From a virus, in the IMG/VR virus record IMGVR_UViG_3300015024_000001, positions 1-64,000 of that record: DNA of 64,000 bases; one strand, 5' to 3'. The notes beneath the pieces were generated by a model that saw nothing but the letters and a program-made list of their open reading frames with translations, was not told the origin of the DNA and ran no database searches. The stretch's first letter is position 1. Each line of letters opens with the position of its first letter. Position numbers and translations under genes: made by a program. This document shows positions 28,837-39,700 of this stretch, piece by piece.

Positions 28837-31503
28837 TTAAATTATAGTAATTAAAGACGGTTGCTCACTACCTCGATTACCTGTTAGTAAAGGTGTATCT
28901 GGTAATTTATTAAATTCTAAAGGATAACTACCACCTACAACATTATATTTAGAGGGATTATAAGGTAGTTTGTCTGGTGGTTGGCTAGTAAAATTAGAAG
29001 TTGTAATTTGTGATTGTATAAAATACCACTTACCAAGTGTCAAACGTGTAGGTTTATTTACTAAGAAATCCCCACTAAAGTCAAAACTATGTTCTATCTT
29101 ACGTATTAACCATTGACCATCATATTCTTGTAATGAAGTTAAAGAACCTATTTTATACTCAGGTCTATAATAACCTAAATTAACAGTGAGTTCTTGAGTA
29201 CTATTTGCATTTTCTAACTTTAAACGAAAATCTAAAGCAGCACGTGTACGGTCAAGTTCAGATTGCTTAATCTCTAACATAGAAAAAGATGCTGTAGAAT
29301 CTTCTATAGGAAATTCACTATCAAGAATAGATGTGTAATAGTGTTCTTTATCTCTTTTATAAAAAGGATCTTGCTGAATATCAGATTGTAAAGCAGCAGT
29401 TCGTTTAACAGTTGCTAAAGGAGGACGACCTTCAAATTCAGCAAAACTAGTAATCTGTGCTTGTTCATTAAAATACTCACCTCTATTTGTCCTAGTTTTA
29501 TTATACTCTACATATTTATCAATACGGTTAGTATTATTAATAGTTCCATATGAACGTGTGGATAAACCTATATCACTAGTTGGTGGTAGTTTATAACGAT
29601 TGTTTTCTTGTAATACATCTCCATACTTAGATGTTGTGTTACGATTAGGTATAATTTTTCTTTCTATGGTTGATATTGTATTTTCACCTACAACATATGG
29701 TGCTAATGAGGGTAGATATGTTGTAGGAATATCACTAGTTAGTACTGTAGGTGGTATATCACTTAATGTTTGTTTTGAACTATCATACAGTTTAGCTAGA
29801 GGATTTGTTCTCCATCCTAGTGATATTTCTTCTGTCATCTCTGATATAACCATATATTCTTTATATGAATCAGGATCAGGTTTAGCAATACCAACAAAAC
29901 CTTGAGAATCTGGTGCTGTTTTATTTCTTAAATCTTCTGGTAATGAAGACCATGCAACTTTTTCTATATTAGCATTAACTTCTTTGTTTGTATTTATGAA
30001 AGTATCATTATAAATAGATTCTGACTCTACTAAATAATACTGTGTTTTACCATAGATAGGAATCTTACGAAATAGATATAGTTGCAACATATCCTGACAG
30101 TAATTATGTTGTCCTTCATCATTACCACCAGTTCCACCATTAATACCACCTTCTAATCTTTTACCCCAAAAAATAGTACCTGCTATAGAAGTATCTTCTA
30201 CTAAATTCCAACCTCCTTGTTGTTCAGTTTGAAAACGAAAGTAACGCCAACCTGTTGTTGATGTTGATGTTAAATAGAATATATTAGATGCTTGTAATAA
30301 GGATCTTAATGTTGGACTTATAATAGTAGATTGCCAATTTCCACTACGATCTTGATATTTAATATCTGCAAAAGAACGATCTACAGATGTATACTGATGT
30401 ACAGTTTTTTTATATTCAATAGGAACCCAATAGTCAGAAGGTGAGCCACCTCTTGATGCAAAACTATATGTACTAAACATAAAACCATATTTATAAGATT
30501 CAACATATTCAGTTACACCATCTACTTTTTTTGTTATACGTACTTCTTTTGTCTGACCACCATTATCAAAAACTAAATGTAAAATACGAGTAGCTTGATA
30601 CCAATTACCACCTTGATTATCTAAAGGTGTTGTTTTAGGATCAGTAGGATTATCAAGACCTACAGATAATATAGTTTGTCCTTTTTGGTCTTTAAAACCT
30701 ATAATATTATCAGGTGGTTTTGTGACATCTAAATCACCCTCCACTAAATATATTACAACAGGAGTTGGTTTTAAATATATAGGATCATTTCTAAATGGTG
30801 ACAAACTATTATTAACCCAAGTAATAACTGCATTTTTATACTGTACAGGAGGTGATCCTGATACTTGAATAGGACTTATAGTACCAATAATGGGTGGTGA
30901 ATACTGTAAAGGTTTTGTAACAACTTTGTTATTTTCATAATTAATAAACTGTTGAAATTCATAGGATCTAGAATCTATCTCTTGCTTAAGTGAAAAATTA
31001 TAAAAGGAATCAGCATTATCACGAGTAATAGGTATATGAAAATCAAAACCATTATAAACCACATTTGTTTTTGCAGCTATAGCTTGTATTGAAATAAAAG
31101 GGCTTCCCGTAGAAGGGAAAGGTAGTCTAACAGAAAGTTGTGCTTTTAAAAAACTATATACAATTAATACAACTTCAACAGTATAAGTGGAAATAATACC
31201 AAACTGCTGTAAAGATTGTGTAGTAATAGTCTCACTATAGTTTGTTGTTATATACTGATTATTGTCATAACTATGTAGTGATCCTTCTTTAAAACTAGCC
31301 TGTAAAAAATCTATACGATAAGAAGGTACTGTTGTAAAAGATAGGCGTATTTCAGAACCTTGATTCAATGTGTGTGAGATAGATAAAGAACCCTCAACTT
31401 TAGTAGGTATATTTACACCAATAGGGTTAACACCTGTTACACGAGTATTAATATTTATCAAAGGCGTATTAATAAATATCTTAGTGACATTAGCTAAATC
31501 CAT
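28837..31503 (-). CDS. putative tail tip/hub protein
   Basis: 888 aa downstream of tape measure; C-terminal RPEYKIG...WLIRKIEHSF resembles hub proteins. Confidence 0.55.
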   Translation of the reverse strand: MDLANVTKIFINTPLININTRVTGVNPIGVNIPTKVEGSLSISHTLNQGSEIRLSFTTVPSYRIDFLQASFKEGSLHSYDNNQYITTNYSETITTQSLQQFGIISTYTVEVVLIVYSFLKAQLSVRLPFPSTGSPFISIQAIAAKTNVVYNGFDFHIPITRDNADSFYNFSLKQEIDSRSYEFQQFINYENNKVVTKPLQYSPPIIGTISPIQVSGSPPVQYKNAVITWVNNSLSPFRNDPIYLKPTPVVIYLVEGDLDVTKPPDNIIGFKDQKGQTILSVGLDNPTDPKTTPLDNQGGNWYQATRILHLVFDNGGQTKEVRITKKVDGVTEYVESYKYGFMFSTYSFASRGGSPSDYWVPIEYKKTVHQYTSVDRSFADIKYQDRSGNWQSTIISPTLRSLLQASNIFYLTSTSTTGWRYFRFQTEQQGGWNLVEDTSIAGTIFWGKRLEGGINGGTGGNDEGQHNYCQDMLQLYLFRKIPIYGKTQYYLVESESIYNDTFINTNKEVNANIEKVAWSSLPEDLRNKTAPDSQGFVGIAKPDPDSYKEYMVISEMTEEISLGWRTNPLAKLYDSSKQTLSDIPPTVLTSDIPTTYLPSLAPYVVGENTISTIERKIIPNRNTTSKYGDVLQENNRYKLPPTSDIGLSTRSYGTINNTNRIDKYVEYNKTRTNRGEYFNEQAQITSFAEFEGRPPLATVKRTAALQSDIQQDPFYKRDKEHYYTSILDSEFPIEDSTASFSMLEIKQSELDRTRAALDFRLKLENANSTQELTVNLGYYRPEYKIGSLTSLQEYDGQWLIRKIEHSFDFSGDFLVNKPTRLTLGKWYFIQSQITTSNFTSQPPDKLPYNPSKYNVVGGSYPLEFNKLPDTPLLTGNRGSEQPSLITII

Positions 31504-32195
31504 AATAAACCACCTCCTACTCGGATTGTAAATACATTAGTCATAGGTATAGCAGAACGTAACCTACTATACATTATATTATTATACAGTATATAATCTA
31601 CTTGACCAATATTAGAAGATAGATTATATACTGTAAAAAATGTTTGTAAGGATAAATCTAAAGTTAGAGTAAAATGTAAAGCTGCTGGTATAGGAAATTT
31701 AATCTTACTGATAATAGTATTATCTAATGTAAATTCTCGAACCGTAGAAGAAAAAGCAGCTATATGTCCTGTAAGATTTACTTCTGTTAATACACAACCT
31801 TTGTCTGTATAAATACTTATATCAGTTGTCAAACCTACAAGATCTGTAAAAACAACAAACTTTATTTCTATTATTTCACTAGAAGTATTTAAAAGAGGGT
31901 ACAGTGTGTTTAATTTCTTATAATATGTATTCATACCTAAAGAAGATAAACTACCACTAGAAGTCAATAAAAGACTTTCTGTGTTGTTTCTTATACTAAG
32001 TAGTTTCCAACTAGAAGGTGAAATTATAAAAGGATCAAATAATTCTAACTTATAACCATATAAAACAGAAAGAGGATATTCTTGTACAGTATAGATCTTA
32101 GGTTGTAGACGTATAAAATTACCTACACTATGTTGCGTAGTTATTATAGGTTTTTGTCTATCATTCTTTTGTTCTACGGTTGGTATTATATACAT
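31494..32195 (-). CDS. putative tail protein
   Basis: position in tail block. Confidence 0.5.
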   Translation of the reverse strand: MYIIPTVEQKNDRQKPIITTQHSVGNFIRLQPKIYTVQEYPLSVLYGYKLELFDPFIISPSSWKLLSIRNNTESLLLTSSGSLSSLGMNTYYKKLNTLYPLLNTSSEIIEIKFVVFTDLVGLTTDISIYTDKGCVLTEVNLTGHIAAFSSTVREFTLDNTIISKIKFPIPAALHFTLTLDLSLQTFFTVYNLSSNIGQVDYILYNNIMYSRLRSAIPMTNVFTIRVGGGLLWI

Positions 32196-32857
32196 TAAAC
32201 TTCAGGATTATAAGAAAAAGAACTGATGGAAATAGCCTGTCCACTACTGATCTGTAATGGATTTGTATTACCAGAATTTAAAATTAAACTACTAGAATTT
32301 TTTCTAATTTTATGTATACCAGTTCCATTATTAGTCAAGACTATTGTAGATCCTCCTATAGTACTGGAAATCTGAATACTATTACCAGAGGATATTACAA
32401 AATAACTAGTATTATTAAGTAATGGGGAAGGTAGGGTATTATTACTAGAAACTAAGACTTCATCACCTACTGTGAAGTTATTACCAGTAACTGTAAAAAT
32501 ATTAGTTGAATTGTCTGTTGTAAAAATATAATTAGCACCAACGAAACCTCTAAATAATTCATTTGCTGCACCAGAATAAAGTTTAAAGGTAGCTGCAATA
32601 CCTGTACTAATTCCAGATCCTATTAGTATACTACTAGTAGTTGTAATTCCTGTAATACTATCAGGTGTTCCTAGAGGAACAGTGGAATTAAATAAAATAT
32701 TAGCTAAAACTATGGTACTACTATCTATTATAGATATATATCCAGTACCACCTATATTAATTTGAGTAGCAAGATTTCTTGATTCAGACACTAAAAGAGT
32801 AGGAGCTTTTATTATTAATGACATATAATACCTAAAAAGAATTTGGTGGGATAACAA
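32195..32857 (-). CDS. putative virion structural protein
   Basis: Ser/Thr/Gly-rich beta protein; FTVGDEV...LPSPL...YFV module seen in phage tail proteins. Confidence 0.55.
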   Translation of the reverse strand: MLSHQILFRYYMSLIIKAPTLLVSESRNLATQINIGGTGYISIIDSSTIVLANILFNSTVPLGTPDSITGITTTSSILIGSGISTGIAATFKLYSGAANELFRGFVGANYIFTTDNSTNIFTVTGNNFTVGDEVLVSSNNTLPSPLLNNTSYFVISSGNSIQISSTIGGSTIVLTNNGTGIHKIRKNSSSLILNSGNTNPLQISSGQAISISSFSYNPEV

Positions 32858-33887
32858 AGACAGACCCTATTTCTGTTGATGTAGCAAAAATAGAGTTTGT
32901 AGTAGGACAATAAGTAAGTCCTGAAGATGTTGCATCAATCTTAATAGTGCCAATTACACTATTACTATTAGGATCTATAACAGAAATGTAAGGTAAGCTT
33001 CTATTTGAAACATATAAATACCCATCATAGATATTGCGTACTATTTCTCTTGGATTTCCACCAACTGAAATAGTAACTAGTACTGATTGAGAACTACAAC
33101 TGATAACACTAACTGTACCAGTATTTGTATTTGTGACATATATATTATTATAAGCGGAAAGATAGGTAACTCCAATACAACCACCACCTAAAGAAATAGA
33201 CATAAAAATAGTCCAAGATATAGGATCTATTAAATATACACCACCAAAAGAACGACTTGCTAGATATATATACCCATTAGAAGTACAATAGGCAGCCATA
33301 TATGGTTGAGCAATACCCGAAATAGTTGTAGTTAAAGTTTGACTAGCTACATTTATAATCGATATATTATTAGAACCAAAGTTAGAAACAAGAATAGATC
33401 CAGAATAAAAAAATGAATTTAAAGGAGAATTACCTACTACAATACTAGATACTATGGTAGATGTAGAAGGATTTATGCTAACAAGCTGTCCATTGGTAGA
33501 ATAATCATTACACACATATAATAGTCCTGAACTTACATCTTCAGTAAATCCAAAAGGAGTAGCTACATTTATAAATCCTACTTTTTCAAGAGTAGTAGGA
33601 TTTATAACTATAATACCACCACTTCCAACATTAGCTATATATATAAGACCAGAGGTACTACTATACTTAGCACTTATAGTTGTCGTTCCACACTTTATTT
33701 CTGCAAAACGTCCACTAGAATTTATAACAAAAGATTTACTTGCGGAAGGAAACCCATATATATCACCTTCTACTAAAGCACTATTAGATAATTCTAAGCT
33801 TAGACTAGATAATTTTGCACTTGCATATACATCTGCTGACCCAATCCTATAATTTTTTGTAAGATTAAAAGCTGTCTGTGGGAACAT
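32832..33887 (-). CDS. YVTN/YncE-type beta-propeller protein (possible receptor-binding protein)
   Basis: repeats IYIAN, LYVCN, LVSN, IYVTN, LYVSN with VG.P turns. Confidence 0.85.
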   Translation of the reverse strand: MFPQTAFNLTKNYRIGSADVYASAKLSSLSLELSNSALVEGDIYGFPSASKSFVINSSGRFAEIKCGTTTISAKYSSTSGLIYIANVGSGGIIVINPTTLEKVGFINVATPFGFTEDVSSGLLYVCNDYSTNGQLVSINPSTSTIVSSIVVGNSPLNSFFYSGSILVSNFGSNNISIINVASQTLTTTISGIAQPYMAAYCTSNGYIYLASRSFGGVYLIDPISWTIFMSISLGGGCIGVTYLSAYNNIYVTNTNTGTVSVISCSSQSVLVTISVGGNPREIVRNIYDGYLYVSNRSLPYISVIDPNSNSVIGTIKIDATSSGLTYCPTTNSIFATSTEIGSVFVIPPNSF

Positions 33888-33888
33888 A

Positions 33889-36270
33889 TTATGTTATAAA
33901 GCCTGAACTGTACAGTCCATATAATTTACTAGCACGACTAATTATAGTTATTATATCAAACTTACCAACAGTTGTCGATAAAACAGGTACACCAAATAGA
34001 CCCCAATCTACAGCAGTAAAGTTGACTGTATAATTACCAGTGCCTCCTTGTTGTAAGAATAACAACCAGCAACCACCATCTTGAAAATTAGAGAAAGATA
34101 TAATAGTATTATCTGTCAATACAACATCTTGATTACCAATAGATAAATCTAAAACCAACGTAGAAGAAAAAACTTGAACATTACGTTTAACATATTGTGC
34201 TTTAGTAAATGTTTGGTTTTGGTCAACTTGAAAAAATTCGTGTATCCATCTACCTTGATTATCTATTGGTTGCACTACATATAGATTATCAGCAGTTCGT
34301 ATATCAGATTGTTTATAAGTATAAGATAAACCATTAGTAATAACTTTGCGTACTTGCTCATTAGTACGGTATGGATAAACTAGTGCTTTTAAGGTATCTA
34401 TATTTGATGTAGAGTCTGCCCAAAATAATGCACGATTATATGTATCTTTATAAGGTAAGAAACTAGTTGCAATACAACCCTCACTAGTAGCATGTGATAT
34501 ATCAGAGACAGAACTATTATCGTAAAAGAAAGAATAAGCAATAGATACTTGACCTGCTGGTACTGTTGCACCTGCTCCTATTGCTAGATGTGTTATACTT
34601 ACAGGAGCAAATAGACCTTGAGTATATGCATTAATCACTGTCTCTGTAAGTATTGTACCTGCTGACCAATCAGATATTGTACCTGTAATTAATCCAAGTG
34701 TGGGATCTATCGTAATAATAAAACCTTTATAAATAGAACCTGATTTAATTATAATCTGTACTTTATTAGTATTTAATTTTGCTTTGTTTTGTAAACCACG
34801 TATTGCAAGATCCCTGTATAAAGGATTAACTGTATTGTAATCTCCATTCTTTTCTATGGTCAGTGTGTATTGTACAGCTTGCCCATCTGTTAATGTCGTA
34901 GGAGTAGAAAAAGAACTTGCTGTAGTATAACGTCCTACTGTTGAGAATAAAGCTCTTTGAGGTTGTGTTAATGTAGGTGAACTTATTGTTGTAACACCTG
35001 TTCTTGCTATTCTAACAGTTTGATTTACTGTATTACTTACTACTACAGTTAAGTCTTCAACTACAGCATTACGAAATGTGTAAAGATTAATACAACCACT
35101 ACCTTCTAAAACACGTAATACACCTAACCCATAAGGTACAACTAGACGATTATCGGATTCACTAAATATCAAGTCACCTATAGCTATATTTGATTCACTA
35201 TAAGAAGAAACATTAGAATCAAAGTAAGGATATATGGATAAACTTACTGAAGCTGTAATCGTTGTATCAACATCTATAGCAGAAAATCGAGGTGTAACTG
35301 ACAGTAATAAAAATTCATCAGCTAGAAGATCATCCTCTAATAAAATATTACGTGTAAAATGGTCATATGGTACAACAGAACCAGCTGACAGCATATTTGT
35401 TGTATCTAATGAATAATTACTTGTAGCTACTTTTCCATATATAATAACATCAAGTAGACCAGAAAAATTATCTGTCATATCTTTATTATCAATACGTACT
35501 GATAAAGTAATACGAGTACCTTTAGCAATCAATGTATTTGAAGCTGACTTTAAATAGTAACGAATAGGTGTACCTATATTACCTGTTACATCATATACAG
35601 CAAAAATAAGATCAGGATTTTCATCCGATAGATTAATATCTTGATTACAACCATTAATACTTGTTGTTAAAGAGGTGGGATTTTCTACTAAATTACTAGA
35701 TTTACTATATAACCAACGACCTGTTGCTGCTATAAGAACTGTATCTGCATTAGCAGTATCTATAGCTATTGCACTATATCTATATGTACGAGAAAGTGAC
35801 GTAATAAAACGACGCATACCATGTACAGGTATAATGGGTAAATTTGCTGGCACATCAATAGTAGAAGAGAAGTTTAGATGATAATCTTGAGTAAGTATAA
35901 TTTGACTAATATCAGTACTAAGGGGTGTATTACTACCTAATGTCGTATGTGTTACTTGATTTACTTGTAAAGCTGCATAAGTACCAACAAGACGTGCTGT
36001 AGTGAAATCGTTTGTTGTGCTTGTATAAATAAGAAATTCATGCCAATCTTCACTTTCAGTATATGAAAGACCTGGGATTACAATACTTACAGTACTATTA
36101 TTAGGGATAACTATAGAAAAAGGCGTAGATGGTTGATTATAACCAGATCTTGCTCTACACTGAAGCCAGAAAAAATATGTATTATTACCACCTTGTATTA
36201 ATCCACCACTAGTTATATATACTGCTGGTGCTAATACACTCGATCTTCCAGATGCGAATTGAGTTGTCAT
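33889..36270 (-). CDS. putative tail fibre/baseplate protein
   Basis: 793 aa; C-terminal QTFTKAQ...QQGGTGNYTV.F...PVLSTT...DII domain common in phage fibres. Confidence 0.6.
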   Translation of the reverse strand: MTTQFASGRSSVLAPAVYITSGGLIQGGNNTYFFWLQCRARSGYNQPSTPFSIVIPNNSTVSIVIPGLSYTESEDWHEFLIYTSTTNDFTTARLVGTYAALQVNQVTHTTLGSNTPLSTDISQIILTQDYHLNFSSTIDVPANLPIIPVHGMRRFITSLSRTYRYSAIAIDTANADTVLIAATGRWLYSKSSNLVENPTSLTTSINGCNQDINLSDENPDLIFAVYDVTGNIGTPIRYYLKSASNTLIAKGTRITLSVRIDNKDMTDNFSGLLDVIIYGKVATSNYSLDTTNMLSAGSVVPYDHFTRNILLEDDLLADEFLLLSVTPRFSAIDVDTTITASVSLSIYPYFDSNVSSYSESNIAIGDLIFSESDNRLVVPYGLGVLRVLEGSGCINLYTFRNAVVEDLTVVVSNTVNQTVRIARTGVTTISSPTLTQPQRALFSTVGRYTTASSFSTPTTLTDGQAVQYTLTIEKNGDYNTVNPLYRDLAIRGLQNKAKLNTNKVQIIIKSGSIYKGFIITIDPTLGLITGTISDWSAGTILTETVINAYTQGLFAPVSITHLAIGAGATVPAGQVSIAYSFFYDNSSVSDISHATSEGCIATSFLPYKDTYNRALFWADSTSNIDTLKALVYPYRTNEQVRKVITNGLSYTYKQSDIRTADNLYVVQPIDNQGRWIHEFFQVDQNQTFTKAQYVKRNVQVFSSTLVLDLSIGNQDVVLTDNTIISFSNFQDGGCWLLFLQQGGTGNYTVNFTAVDWGLFGVPVLSTTVGKFDIITIISRASKLYGLYSSGFIT

Positions 36271-36304
36271 TCTTTTCTATATGAGTATTTCTTTATTATA
36301 ACGT

Positions 36305-36330
36305 AAAAAAGCACTCGTTTTCACAAGTGC
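36305..36330 (-). terminator. intrinsic terminator
   Basis: minus strand gcacttgt-gaaa-acgagtgc followed by TTTTTT. Confidence 0.8.
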
Positions 36331-36366
36331 ATTACTATGTCTTCTTTTATTTTATACTATTTTAAG

Positions 36367-36744
36367 TTAGACAATCGTTAAATCATTACTTATGCAGTTG
36401 AATGAGACAGCAGGGTAAATCTTATTACCATTTACTGTTACAGCACTACCCTTTTCTAAAGTTTTAAGAGCATAAGATTTACCATCTAAAGTAATATTAG
36501 AAGTGGGTAAAGCACCTGTGACAACAGCAGATGCATAAGCAGATAGGTATGACTCAAGAGTATCTGCAAGAGAAGCAGGAACACCTTTAAGAGTAACCTT
36601 TTGTGTAATACGTGCAAAGTTAAGATCAGTCAAATAAGAGCCACTAGGAGCTTTTAATTGGAAAACTGATTCATTACCTTGTTGAATGTCACCTGGCTCA
36701 ATAGGATGATTAGAGAACGAATCAAATGCGAGAGTAATAGCCAT
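36367..36744 (-). CDS. 125-aa virion protein (possibly abundant tail protein)
   Basis: AAAGGAGA RBS upstream, terminator downstream, directly after the tape measure. Confidence 0.6.
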   Translation of the reverse strand: MAITLAFDSFSNHPIEPGDIQQGNESVFQLKAPSGSYLTDLNFARITQKVTLKGVPASLADTLESYLSAYASAVVTGALPTSNITLDGKSYALKTLEKGSAVTVNGNKIYPAVSFNCISNDLTIV

Positions 36745-36792
36745 TTATAATATATCTCCTTTAATGATATATAATTATCTTATCATATTTTG

Positions 36793-39700
36793 TTATTGGA
36801 ATCTACGAGAGAGTTCCAATAACTCTTGTCTTACTGATTTGCCAATATCATTAGCTACAGCAGTATCTGCATTACCATTAACATTTACATTAACAGTAAA
36901 GGCATTGTTACTAGCCCCATTAGTCTGGGATGTGTTATTTTTATCTGTAACATTAGTAATAGATCCATCTTGTAATAATTTCACTTGTGCTTCTTGTCGT
37001 TGATTAGCTATACCAATACGTTCTTCATTCTTTGCTCTTGCATAATCAATCTGTGCTGATGGATCAGGATTAATATTAGATATAGATCCATCAGCATTAC
37101 GAAAAGTACGAACAATATCATTTCTTGCTTTTGGTGGTTCAGCAATATTGTCATTTAATTGCACTTGTTGATTTAAAGAACGAACAGTAGCATTAACACT
37201 TGCATCACCTACAGGCTGACGTAGATTAACAGCATTTACAGCTAAAAACTGTTGTCTTGCTGTTTTTAGATTAGCTGGATCAAACTCTTTAGTATAATTC
37301 AATGAAGCTGTGGATGCAGCAAGTATTGATTGTTGCTTCTGTAACTGTTGTTGTTGTGCAAATTGAGTAGGAAGTTCAGCTAATTGTGAAGTAACATTAT
37401 TTTGTAATCCAGCTATAGATTTACGAGCATCAGCAATAGCAGCTTTTTGTTCAGGTGTTTTTGCATCTTGTTCTTTAAATGATAACTCAATATCTATTAA
37501 CTTGAGTCTGGCTTGTGTTTCCTCAAGAGTAGATTTTGTTTTTTGCTGTTGGATTTTAAGTAGATTTTCTTCTAGTGCTGCTTGTTGTACAGCAATATTA
37601 ATTGACAAAGCACCAGCTAATTTTCTAGCAGCAACAGCATCTTTACTTCGATCTTCAGAATCAAAAGAACCAGCAAAAGTAGACAGCGCATCTTTTTGCA
37701 ATGTCAAACCTTTAACCTTATTTTCTATGGTTGACTTTAGTTTATTAGCTATTAAATCAAGAGACTCTTGTTTAGCATTGAATTGTAAAGATATTACCTG
37801 AGAAGCAAATTGATTATCAAGTATCTTACGTTTCGTATCAATTTCTTTTTTAGCTTCAACGGTAAGATTACCAGATGATTTTAGAGCCGCCTCTTGTAGA
37901 GTTAATTTCTCTCTCTCTAGTGATAAAGATTCAGTTGCAGCAGTAACTTGTAATTTATTATTTAAACCAATAATACCTAAAGAATTAGCTTGTGAGACGT
38001 ATGTGATGTCAATTTGTTTTAAAGTACCAGCCAGTGTAACCGTAGAAGATAAAGATTCTTGTATTGATGCACTTGACTTTTCAGCTATATCTTTTCTACC
38101 TTGAAAAGTAGTAACAGCTTGATCATTCTTAAACTTATTATCAAAAATATCTCTTTGAGCCTTTAAATCTTTTTGAGCTTCAGGTGTAAAAGTACCTGTT
38201 TCACGTAAAGCTTTTTCTTTTAAATCTAATCTTTTCTTTTCTAGGTCATAATTTTGTTGATTTTCAGTCAACTGTACTTTTAATCCTTGTTGTGCGCCTA
38301 CTATTGAATTAGTACCTAGTACAGCATTGGTTGTTGCTACAGTAATATTTAATCTATCCTGCTCAATATTCTTTACAACCTCAAGATCTTTTATAATACC
38401 ATCGTATATAAGAAGTTGTTTTTGTAACGCAGCTTGTTTACGATCACCTTCTTGTTTATCATTAAAAGCTTTTGATAATTCAAGTTGTTTACGTTTAATC
38501 TCATCGGTTTGATTATCCTTTTGACCTTGACCTGTAATAGTTTTGGTTAAATTAGATAAAGAAAAATTAGGATTCTTTATAGTATTTTGTTGTGCAAACT
38601 GTACTTCAGCTAATCCTTTACGACTAGCCAGCACTGCAGAATCTTTTTCAAAATCTTGTTCAGCATTTTGAATCTTAAGATCAGCTTTTGCTCTATTATC
38701 AGAGTCTTTTGTCTTTCTTATTACTGTACCATACTTATCTTTACTTATAATATCTGTATTGCCATTCATTTTACCATTCATTTTATCAACAATAACTTGT
38801 TGATTATATAAATCATTAGCACTCTCTGTACGATTTTCTAATCTTGTCTGTAGTTTATCCTGTTCTTTAACAAAACTATCAGAATCAAACTTAGATCCTT
38901 TTGATTCTAGTCCTAGAGAGATAGGAGCTATAAGATTAGTTTGTACGGAGGCTTGTGATTGTTCTATAGAAGCTTTTTGTTGTCTTAAAAAATCATCACG
39001 TTCTTTCTTTTGATCTAACTGAAATTGTTTTTCTTTATTATTTGCAATTGAAGTTGAATTTTTTCCACCTTCATCTCTAATACCAAATTTTTCAAATATT
39101 TGTTGTTTTATTTCAAGATCAGTTTGTGATAAACCTAATCTTGCTTTCTCACGATCATATAAAAGATTAGAAGCATTAATCTCTTTTGTAATACGTGCTT
39201 CAATTGTTTTATTCTTTTTATCAAGTTGTAACTGTGCTAAATCATTAAGTGCCTTTTCTTTAACAGCAGAACCCTGTTTTGCAGCAGCTATTTTTTCTTG
39301 AGCTTTAATCTTTATATCTATAACTTGTATTTCAGTTTGATCGATAGATTCTTTAGCTACTGTTGAACCAGCGACTTCAGAGTTACTAGCTAATCCTTGT
39401 AAACGTCTTGCTGATGTTTCAAGTTTTCCTACTTTATCGGCAGCAAGTTTAGCTACATTATCTGTTACTGTATTTATAACACCTAGTACAACTTTAGCAT
39501 CTAGCTTAGAAATAAGTGAACTACCATTAGTGTCTTTTAAGTTAATTAAATTACTTATTTTATCAGTAACATCTTGAAATTTATTTATATCTAGAGATTC
39601 TAAATTTTCTGAACTTACTTTTAAACTATCTAATAAACTAGGTATAGCATTACGTGAAGCATCGGTGTCAGTTTCTAATGCCTTTCTAATGTTATTAATG

